Source of the DNA: Nemertoderma westbladi
Taxonomy: Eukaryota; Animalia; Xenacoelomorpha
DNA length: 64,000 nucleotides
Reading direction: 5' to 3'
Assembly (NCBI GenBank): GCA_032718475.1
Contig: JAUCBJ010008372.1
Span: 1-64,000, forward strand
The notes under the pieces were generated by a model, which had not been told where the DNA came from, ran no database searches, and worked only from the letters and a program-made list of their open reading frames with translations. Positions 12,901 to 22,281 of the stretch are shown in pieces (position 1 is the first letter of the stretch; each line of letters begins with the position of its first letter). The position numbers and the translations under genes are program-made.

Positions 12901-13817
12901 CCCGATCTATAAACCAGGATGACGGATTTTATGCTGAACGAACAATAATGGGATGGACACTCTGCGGCATTAAGGAGGAAACTACGGACACCTATACCTA
13001 CCTTCCTAAATGTCAGATTAAAGAGAATGTAACCTCTGTGGGTTATTGCTCAGTTTCGGATCTTGACGAGGATTTGTTTCTGGAAACAGAGAAAACCCAA
13101 CGAGAGATGACGAAATATTTTAATTTGGAGACCCAGGAGTTCGCGGAAAAGGACGAAAACCCATCCGAAGAGGACCAATATTGTATGGACGTTCTCGACC
13201 AGGCCACGTTTAAAGACGGACATTGGCGCGTACCCATGCTTTGGTGGATAATAAGGTTATTGATGATAATAATGATGTTGATAACATTGACACCATTAAT
13301 TGGAGAGCACGGACTAATCTGCCGTAATACCCGGATGGCGAACGCCTCAGTTGAGTCCCTCACTCCTAACCACTTACTGGGGAGACCCAAAACCCACCTC
13401 CTCCCGGAAACCATGTTCCCGGATCCCAACGAGATCGCGAAACATACAAACTGGAAAAAGGCCCAAGCGTTGGCAGCGCATTGGTGGAGGATTTGGGCCC
13501 AGGAATATCTCATAACCCTCCGGACCAGGAGGAAATGGAACAACACCCACCGGAACGTCGCAGTTGGCGACATGGTACTAGTTAGAGAAGATCTCAAAGA
13601 CCGCGTTCACTGGCCTGTGGCGCGGGTCGTGACCATACACCCAAGCAAAGACGGACTTGCGAGGACTGTGACGATACGAACGAAAGCGGGCCACTACCAA
13701 CGCCCCATCCAGAAGCTGTGCCTTCTTGAAGGCAATGACAGTGGTGATTCTACAAGAGGTGATAAGTTCCCTACGGATCCTACTGCAGACATTGGTGACA
13801 ATTACAAATGCGTTTAA
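9957..13817 (+). CDS. gag-pol: BEL/Pao Gag-protease polyprotein fused in frame to the integrase C-terminal tail (RT, RNase H and integrase core missing)
   Basis: Coiled-coil N-terminus; capsid-like FEGDPVDYLRF..YLSQYL..LDKRYG; knuckles CLFCGEKHKVEFC, CFRCLGTGHYVREC and CTVCNDQRHHTLLH; protease LAFLDNGSDGT. DGHWRVPMLW is followed within ~40 aa by LTPNHLL..WWRIWAQEYL..VGDMVLV..WPVARV..RPIQKLCLL. No RT catalytic or DDE motifs. Confidence 0.92.
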   Translation: MTTNNVSDTDEMDHHTDSEADEVPNVKNMTRRLGALKGGVTRVYQRMEKQLKGVKTPLNEVQTQLQSIRNILQRYERMIQAYQELVPPTDLENYPKLEEHVVHLDGFRKQHRRTLSLVRGYEEQYYKRAERTDAESVRSSSIRTAVHRKRTGSVRDQHSSARSEISGSARSSQGAPPLRDQLRERKALALKARMEDEYIQLQAEQDVLAAETQKREAEQEVERRVEQRRQEVRQEIEQREREAKREIEQHEREAKQEIEQRKWEAEMRKQHAEAQAILTHKKNADIAKLAEYEAALIERDIQLYEDWERDIDQEYEPIPIPELEKSFTPTATKPPKLEIPPTKQSTLSAQAPVFHPPPATLKNEEPYFPSNTTTASVPKYEPEKDSERDATPRSNNPFTSTPQTRSRVIIKTPPTIDPSSMGVSANNYNPPSHSSSDDVSIIRALENRLAMPKMEIRTFEGDPVDYLRFKKRFFAQIGSTDIADAQKLVYLSQYLGDKPRRIVACFEGGSHEAYYDAWKTLDKRYGNTGTIINKTLEKLIQDAGSLGDPQNLQEFSDSMKDAYYTLKPLNKEDQVNNILNLRQIARKFPGWLQSKWAYKCVDLRRRHPDQDPSFLEMSAFLDDISEAMNDSMFSKQSLAKLDAMESNYQSRAPTPNPRFRPTPVSAMAISMAEDSDDEDYEEPTSAEEWACYLANWAPEREGTTASPICLFCGEKHKVEFCRKFQFAELVPRFEAIMKHRGCFRCLGTGHYVRECDQRSCCTVCNDQRHHTLLHIPANFDFTTLPFRIEARRRGETNHIFKGTRTTQRRETNPFKISTNTPQVTNISATINLINRRYMVFAKVIPVRIQGVGKSLTTLAFLDNGSDGTIIDRDFLEQLGLEYEPCKRPIQTITDNREVESGEVQLQMEGVMKGYETAKLTIKNALVHTDLRVRFRQSAEYAPLIQLDRDDVDLRCPQLDVNRITLLIGLDTPELHIPTGDIARSINQDDGFYAERTIMGWTLCGIKEETTDTYTYLPKCQIKENVTSVGYCSVSDLDEDLFLETEKTQREMTKYFNLETQEFAEKDENPSEEDQYCMDVLDQATFKDGHWRVPMLWWIIRLLMIIMMLITLTPLIGEHGLICRNTRMANASVESLTPNHLLGRPKTHLLPETMFPDPNEIAKHTNWKKAQALAAHWWRIWAQEYLITLRTRRKWNNTHRNVAVGDMVLVREDLKDRVHWPVARVVTIHPSKDGLARTVTIRTKAGHYQRPIQKLCLLEGNDSGDSTRGDKFPTDPTADIGDNYKCV

Positions 13818-14426
13818 ACCCTTCTCATCATGTTGACAAACTCTTATTAAACTGTGATTTATCGACAATGAGTTATGGACCCCCCTTAAACCAACTGTAA
13901 CCACGCAATGGTATTTGTGTTTCCTCGTGTGTTATGTGGAGTCCAGCATCACCCTGCAGATGTTTCGACTGACGCAGGGTCGTTTATGCATTGTTTACCC
14001 TGATTTTGGTCACCGCGTTCACTGGCCTGTGGCGCGGGTCGTGACCATACACCCAAGCAAAGACGGACTTGCGAGGACTGTGACGATACGAACGAAATCG
14101 GGCCACTACCAACGCCCCATCTAGAAGCTGTGCCTTCTTGAAGGCAATGACAGTGGTGATTCTACAAGAGGTGATAAGTTCCCTACTACGGATCCTGCTG
14201 CAGACATTGGTGACAATTACAAATGCGTGTAACCCTTCTCATCATGTTGACAAACTCTTTTAAAACTGTGATTTATCGACAACGAGTTATGGACCCCCCT
14301 TAAACCAACTGTAACCACGCAATGGTATTTGTGTTTCCTCGTGTGTTATGTGGAGTCCAGCATCACCCTGCAGATGTTTCGGCTGACGCAGGGTCGTTTA
14401 TGTATTGTTTACCCTGATTTTGGTCA
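13601..14426 (+). repeat. Tandem duplication (~412 bp x2) of the pol 3' end and downstream sequence
   Basis: ccgcgttcactggcctgtgg...ctgattttggtca occurs at 13601-14012 and 14013-14426. Confidence 0.95.
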
Positions 14427-14514
14427 TCAGGACCTACGATATTGGATTATTGGAAATGGAAAAGATTTGAAGTGGAATTCATTGTATTCATTGCAGTATG
14501 TTATGTTGTCCGTT

Positions 14515-14930
14515 GCGTGCGCAGTTCGGGGCGTAGGCGGTGTAACGAGTCCAGCTGTAGATCCCGGATTGCCGCGCAACACCCCCTCTATCCCGTTATT
14601 CTGGTGGGTCCATGGTGCATCCACATGACTTCGACGATAGAGGGTTTTATGTTTCTCAGTCGCGTTATTCTGGTGGGACCGTTGTGTGGATTTTAGGGCG
14701 TAGGCGGTGTAACGAGTCCAGCTGTAGATCCCAGAATGTTGCGTAACCCCATCCCACATGACTTCGTCGACTGAGCTTTATGTTGTTGGGAGTGTTATTC
14801 TGGTGGGTCCCTGGTGCATTCCACGTGACTTCACTCCCAGCGTCTTCATTGTCCGTTACGTGCGCAGTTTGGGGCGTAGGCGGTGTAACGAGTCCAGCTG
14901 TAGATCCCAGATTGCCGCGTAACACCCCTT
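14515..14930 (+). repeat. Two interleaved GC-rich motifs, three copies each, in the pol-ORF3 spacer
   Basis: gggcgtaggcggtgtaacgagtccagctgtagatccc at about 14530, 14696 and 14872; gttattctggtggg(t/a)cc at about 14595, 14664 and 14794. Confidence 0.85.
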
Positions 14931-15477
14931 CCACGACAAAGATTAGCCAAAGAAAATGATTGAATATAGTTGGAAACGATGAAAAGGATCAGACAACTCT
15001 ACTATAAACCTGAATGATGACGCGTATGCTGATGAAAATGAAATGATGCGCACCCTGGTGCTGCGCTTATAACCAATGATGATAGCCGGGGGGCTATAAA
15101 CCCAATGATGATGTGGAAATAAATAAATGTGAAATAAATGGTGGAACTAAATGTTGAAATATATGTGGAAATAAATGAAATGAGATGAAATAATAATGAA
15201 ATGAAAAAAGACAAAAAAAAGGCATAAAAAAGGTCAAAGAAAAGAATTGGAAAAAAGAAAGGACAAAAAAGTCATAAAAAACTGGTTGGATATTATGTAT
15301 AGCTATAGTAACTGTAAATGCTGAATGTATTAGCAATAAGATGATAGATGTCTATATAGCAATATTATTTAATAAACTGAATTGAATAAAAACTGAATTA
15401 TTCTGCTATCGCTATAGATTCAGACTTTCTGGACTTACAATTAACTGAACTAATTTGTAACGGATATAATCGTAAAT

Positions 15478-18078
15478 ATGGACCCAAATCGCCAAATTAT
15501 CGGCGAATTACGTAACACGATAGATCTACTGGAATATTCGCAACCCGGATCCCCTGACTTCGATACAAATTGGAGCACCCTGCTAAATGAGAACGTGCGA
15601 GTCATTAAATTCACCGGGCGAGAGGGACCGGATTCTAAGAATCTACGAGCCCTCCGGTTAGCTGATGCTAGTACGAGACTGAAAAGAACTCGGAACGCAA
15701 AGGCAACCGGAGGGGACGATTCGTCGTTTTGGGAAACGTTCCAGCAGAGCGTCTACAGATCCCGATGTTTGATCTACGACAACGAGGGAAACGCGACGCC
15801 CACCTCGAAAGCGATTACGTTGGCGAGATGTCAAAGTTTCGTCGACGACAAGAGTACGTACCTCGCCCACTGGGGAAACCTGTCGGAGTGTACGGCGACG
15901 CTTCGAGAGGAACGCGTATCGATTATCCAAAACCGCGACGACTACCAGGAAAAGTACGGGGCGAAAGAATACGGTCGATCCTTAGTCGTCGTCCTCGGAA
16001 CCCTGGACGGTTTGGTACTGGTGTGCCGAATATTCCCGACACCCAGACAGGAAGTGCAGGCAGCCGGAGCGATCTGGTTGCTGCCTCCGGAAATCCAAAA
16101 GATCCTCTTCGACTTTGACGTCATTAAAATCGGGTCGGATATCAAGGCGGACGTCCGGAACGACTACGCGAACGCTCCTACAGGATGAAACCGACGAGAC
16201 GACCTCAACGCCCTTGGCCATTGCATCGACACTCAAACGTTACTAGCCTGGTTACGATTCGCCGAGTTCATGCGAGGATTCCAAGAGGTGAGACCGACGA
16301 AATCCGGGATCGGCTACCTCGCTGTGCTAAACGGCGGTATCGACTTCAAACCCCAGAAATTCCGGGACTATAATAAAATATACAGTGGATACCCGGGATT
16401 GGAAATAAAGAGCGAGCGAGAGGGTCGATGGAAGGACGTTGATCGGAAGTGGACGATACACCAAAGATGGGAGAATCCCGATCGACGGAACTACGTTTAC
16501 GTCGTTATGGAATGCTACACCGTCGCTAAGTTTATCTGTAAAACTCTCGATAACCTTATTACGGCGGTCCCCCTTTCCTTCGTCGACTACGACTGGAACG
16601 AGGTTATAAACCACGCGTTTAAAGCGGTCGAGAACATTACACCGGGAGAATCGAAAACACCCGCCGTTATCGATTCCTGGGACGAGAGCGGACCTTACGA
16701 CATCCCTACGATTACCGAACTTCTCGGTGCGGAGGAGCCTCTGATCTCTTCGGAAGGGGAAGAGATATGGCTAAACGAGGGTGTTCTACTCTCCACCCCG
16801 AAGTGACAACTAGAGCCGGAGGCCGCGTATGGACCGGCCGCCAAACGGGTTGCCTCGACCGAATCGATGAAGAGAGCAGGCGTTTACACTCCACGCGGCT
16901 CCGGTAGCCCCGCGAGGGAGGTGGCTACTACAGCTGCATTGAGCGACTTCGGCGACATATGCCAACGGTTATCCCCGTATCCTTTCCCGGGTGGCGAAGA
17001 TTGGTCGTCGGAGATTCCGAGTACCAGCCACCAACGGACCCGCGCAGCGATACTGATCGAGGAGGGCCCCAGCGACGCGCCGACCCCCGACGATCTCCTC
17101 GGTATCCCTCCGTCGAAAACCCCGGCACCTCTTCGCCGACCAGTGGTGGCTACTACACCCGCCGTTCCTCAGGACCCTATGCGACTAACCCGTTGGTACG
17201 CCGAGCAAACTGAATGGATCCACCGCCAGAAACGGTCATCCGAGTTGAGACCAGCGGGACACAAAGAAGGTTATCGGAGCGAGAACCTATTACGCAAAAG
17301 CCTAGCATTCCGCGGGCTACCGACCACCGAGAATATTCCGAAGAGCGACCGACGACTCGAATACTACGTCGGCGTCCCGATTCCGATATTCCCCGGTCGA
17401 GAGATGCAGTTGGAGGTATGCGGCGACTGCGGCTCGGAGCAGTGCCCACGCGGCAGAAGGAATCGGGTTACCGATTCTTGCCTCCAGCTCCTCGGGATAC
17501 TCTATTGCCCATACTGCGCGACATCGGGCCACGACGTTTCCGTCTGCCCGATCCTTTATAACCTCTGCACCACGTGCGGTTTCCGTGGACATTCCTCTAG
17601 CCCCCGCTGCTATATCAAATGTCCAACCAAAGACGTTACCGCTATGGGCAATATGGTCATGTTTGAAACATACGCAAACAGCCATTTAAAGACCAAGGTT
17701 CGGAGAAACGCTCGGAATATCGCGCAGGAGATGGCGTGCGGATATTTCTCCTTCCTGGAACGCCTCCACACGTCGGCCACGCTACCTTTCCATTACGTGG
17801 ATCTACTACTGAGCGCCGGATTATTCGGTCCATTTGAAGTCATTAGACAATTATACTCGTATAAAGAGGAGTTCGGTGATGGAGAATGGTTCCTAGAGGC
17901 ACGCAAATCTGAGTTGGAAAGACGAACCGACATGATCCCGATGCCTTCGAAAGGAAGAGCCGCCAGGAGACAAGCCGAAGCGTTACTCACGATGGACGTT
18001 GATGCTCCTCTACCAGCCATAGCGATCGATGAGAGTCGACGGGCGAAGAGACGAAAGGCGTATCAGAGAAAGAAATAG
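15478..18078 (+). CDS. Retrotransposon accessory ORF: DEDDy-like (WRN/EXD/RNase D-type) 3'-5' exonuclease plus C-terminal Cys/His zinc knuckles; one frame of ~866 codons interrupted by two in-frame TGA
   Basis: ORFs 15478, 16270 and 16867 are in the same frame and separated only by TGA at 16186 and 16804. Motifs: ExoI-like LIYDNEG; LPPEIQKILFDFDVIKIGSDIKAD (ExoII); CIDTQTL; SGIGYL; W...YVYVVMEC (ExoIII-like YxxxE); CPYCATSGHDVSVC; CTTCGFRGHSSSPRC. Confidence 0.7.
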
Positions 18079-18230
18079 TGGATCGGGATATTCCAGGAAC
18101 ATTTATCGAACATTTATTTTTTATACAAACTCTAGGCCAAATTAATTAAAAACTATGCAATATTAAATTTGGGTTTTTTATTGGGAATGACCTACGCAAA
18201 CTCAATCGACCGACAGACTTCACGAAGGTC

Positions 18231-18242
18231 ATTGGGGGGGAC
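18231..18242 (+). promoter_or_regulatory. Polypurine tract
   Basis: attgggggggac immediately before the 3' LTR TGTT. Confidence 0.75.
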
Positions 18243-19854
18243 TGTTCGCGGTATTTCAACTTTCCATAACGCGAGTTGAATATTTTTGTATTTTATTTAA
18301 AATTGATTATTCCGATATTACTACTGGGTGCGGGACCATGGGTTTTGGGCACATTCAATAAACTGGGGGCGATTTATGGGCGAACTTTGGGGCAACTTAC
18401 AGGGTACGGGAATAATTTCATAGTTATAAGGGCCAGGGGGGGATGGAAAATGCAAGCAGTATTCAGGTTAGCCTGAGTACTATTAGGCCCTGGCCAACTT
18501 CCTGCTGCCTGTAGGGGTGGATTTGGTAATGCGCCAGGCCTAAAGGACAAGGACTGCCCTTAGCGGTCCCTGGCCAACAGCAGCCATTACGAGACTGAAA
18601 AGAACTCGGACCGCTGACTGCTTGTGTCAGGGATTTGCGACGGGCACCGTAGTAGCTTAGTAGCCAAGCCGTTCTGGTTCTCGATGATCGTTCCCTTCAG
18701 GGTTCGTGAGGGGTGGAGCGGACACGCGAACGGGTGGCCAACTAACGACTGCCCCCTGACCTAAGCCGTACTGGTTCTCGATGACCGATCCCTTCGGGGT
18801 TCGTGAGGGGTGGGACGGACATGCGAAAGGGCTGGCCACAGGACGGGTTTGACGAGAACTGCCCTTAGCGGTCTCTGGTCAACGGCAGCTACTACGAGAC
18901 TGAAAAGAACTCGGAACGCTGACTGCTTGTACTGGGATTTGTGACGGGAACCGACGACAGACCCCTTAGCCAAGCCGTACTGGTTCTCAATGATCGTTCC
19001 CTTCGGGGTTCGTGAGGGGTGGAACGGACACGCGATGGGGTCGAAAGACAAAGGACTAGACTCGACTAGACTCTACTGGCCTACCGACTGTTCGGAGCAG
19101 TTTCTCGGCTGCCGAAGCGACTACGAGCCTGAAACGGACTCGGAAAGCCTAGGTGGTTGGGTTTCTGTGATGAACCGACGGACCCCTAGCCAAGCCGTTC
19201 TGGTTCTCGATGATCGAACCCTTCGGGGTTCGTGAGGGGTGGAACGGACACGCGAACGGGTCCACCGACACGACAGACTCCTAGCCAAGCCGTACTGGTT
19301 CTCGATGACCGAACCCTTCGGGGTTCGAGAGGGGTGGTACGGATACGCGACAGAGTCTACCGACTGGACCGACCCTTAGCCAAGCCGTGCTGGTTCTCGA
19401 TGATCGTTCCCTTCGGGGTTCGTGAGGGGTGGAACGGACACGCGACAGGGTCGACCGACACCGACACTACGGCACTAAGACTGGGACCGAGGGAAAATCT
19501 GGGGAACATTAGGTAGGCTAAAATTCTGAGCGAACAGTGGGTAATTAAATAATATACCGTAGGGATTTATATTATCGTGTATAATTATTGTGAATATTTG
19601 GTGTATATTGATTTGGGGAAGCCCAAAATTATTCTTAATCAAGTTTCAATGATGTTGAACGGGTTTCAACTATAGGAAGTTACATTAAAGAGTATATCCA
19701 ACTAATGCAGCTTTTTATCAACCGCAAACTTGCATCTCAGAAAATATTCCCTCCCCACAATCAATATCCGGTGACTGGCCGGGGCTCGGTGGTCTGTTAA
19801 GTCACGTCTCCAGCATCGGCGTTTTTCCCCCCTGGTGTAGGGATAACGGCAACA
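18243..19854 (+). repeat. 3' LTR (1612 bp), with the same six-unit hairpin array
   Basis: tgttcgcggta...ataacggcaaca. Similar but not identical to the 5' LTR (indel near 19645-19680, substitutions in 18580-18960). Confidence 0.93.
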
Positions 19855-22281
19855 AGTATTGATACAGAATATGATACCCTGACCTTTTTGAAATTTCCCA
19901 CCACCACAAACAAACAAACATACTTTCCCACAAACAGAGAAATGTATCATTGGATTTGGTAGGTTTTCTCATGTTACAATAAGTGTGGAATTATTGTACT
20001 GTTTATAGCAGAGTAAGTGTCTTATTCAAAAATTACGAGTGTACAGAACAGTGAGTGTGGAAAAATAGTAATGTAAGTTCAAATAAGTACTGTATATAAG
20101 TGCCACTCATCAAAGAAAGTATAATTTTTAATGTCGTTTTATTCCTGGTAAAATAAATTATTATAAAAATATATGTATATAAATTAGTTCGTATTTGAAT
20201 AGTTTCGTGAGTTGCCAAATCGGTTGGATCTATATATGGGAGTCTAGAACTGACACGTTATATTCGTCGAATAAGTGGCCATTGTCGATACAGTGTTGTG
20301 TTATTCCAAAACGTTTATAGCCATTATATAAGACCGCATATAACTGTAAATCGATACTTTTCATTTACCAATTACCATTATTTACATTCAAATTTTAAGC
20401 CCACCACCAACACTGTCAGTAAAAACTCTAACACTCTCCATAAATAATGTTCGTTGTGGTGTTTTATATGTTTTAGTTTAAGTTTCCCAATGCAATTATG
20501 GTCAGTTCAGGCATTACAGTCTATTTTACATAATGCATGCATGAGTTTAACCTTCTTTCCCAACCATCTTTAAATCGGAGCAAACAGTAGTTGTTTATAT
20601 TAACAGTATACTGTATCGCGGGTAGTTGTTTATATTAACAGTATACAGTATCGCGGGTAGTTGTATATATTAACAGTATACAGTATCATGGGTAGTTGTT
20701 TATATTAACAGTATACAGTATCATGGGTAGTTGTATATATTAACAGTATCGCGGGTAGTTGTTTATATTAACAGTATACAGGATCGCGGGTAGTTGTTTA
20801 TATTAACAGTATACAGTATCGCGGGTAGTTGTTTATATTAACAGTATACAGTATCGCGGGTAGTTGTTTATATTAACAGTATTCAGTATCGCGGGTAGTT
20901 GTTTATATTAACAGTATACAGTATCGCGGGTAGTTGTTTATACTAACAGTATCGCAGGTAGTTGTTTATATTAACAGTATCGCAGGTAGTTGTTTATATT
21001 AACAGTATCGCAGGTAGTTGTTTATATTAACAGTATACAGTATCGCGGGTAGTTGCTTATATTAACAGTATACAGTATCGTGGGTAGTTGTTTATATTAA
21101 CAGTACAGTATCACGGGTAGTTGTTTATATTAACAGTATCGCGGGTAGTTGTTTATATTAACAGTATAAAGTATCGTGGGTAGTGGTTTATATTAACAGT
21201 ATCGCAGGTAGTTGTTTATATTAAAAGTATACAGTATCGCGGGTAGTTGTTTATATTAACAGTATACAATATCGCAGGTAGTTGTTTATATTAACAGTAT
21301 CGCAGGTAGTTGTTTATATTAACAGTATACAGTATCGCGGGTAGTTGTTTATATTAACAGTATACAGTATCGTGGGTAGTTGTTTATATTAACAGTACAG
21401 TATCGCAGGTAGTTGTTTATATTAACAGTATCGCAGGTAGTTGTTTATATTAACAGTATACAGTATAGCGGGTAGTTGTATATATTAACAGTATACAGTA
21501 TCACGGGTAGTTGTTTATATTAACAGTACAGTATCGCGGGTAGTTGTTTATATTAACAGTATACACTATCGCGGGTAGTTGTTTATATTAACAGTACAGT
21601 ATCGCGGGTAGTTGTTTATATTAACAGTATACAGTATCGTGGGTAGTGGTTTATATTAACAGTATCGCAGGTAGTTGTTTATATTAACAGTATACAGTAT
21701 CGCGGGTAGTTGTTTATATTAACAGTATACAGTATCGCAGGTAGTTGTTTATATTAACAGTATCGCAGGTAGTTGTTTATATTAACAGTATACAGTATCG
21801 CGGGTAGTTGTTTATATTAACAGTATACACTATCGCGGGTAGTTGTTTATATTAACAGTACAGTATCGCGGGTAGTTGTATATATTAACAGTATCGCGGG
21901 TAGTTGTTTATATTAACAGTACAGTATCGCAGGTAGTTGTTTATATTAACAGTATTGCAGGTAGTTGTTTATATTAACATTATACAGTATCGCGGGTAGT
22001 TGATTATATTAACAGTATACAGTATTGCGGGTAGTTGTTTATATTAACAGTACAGTATCGCAGGTAGTTGTTTATATTAACAGTATTGCAGGTAGTTGTT
22101 TATATTAACAGTATACAGTATCGCGGGTAGTTGTTTATATTAACAGTATACAGTATCGCAGGTAGTTGTTTATATTAACAGTATACAGTATCGCGGGTAG
22201 TTGTTTATATTAACAGTATACAGTATCGTGGGTAGTTGTTTATATTAACAGTACAGTATCGCAGGTAGTTGTTTATATTAA

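Larger units (their letters stand above)
7850..19854 (+). mobile_element. BEL/Pao LTR retrotransposon, non-autonomous (pol core deleted), with an extra exonuclease-like ORF
   Basis: Two ~1.6 kb direct repeats with TGTT...AACA termini and a G-run polypurine tract before the 3' LTR. Also BEL-type gag with triple Cys-His knuckles, an aspartic protease, and the BEL integrase C-terminal tail. Confidence 0.93.
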
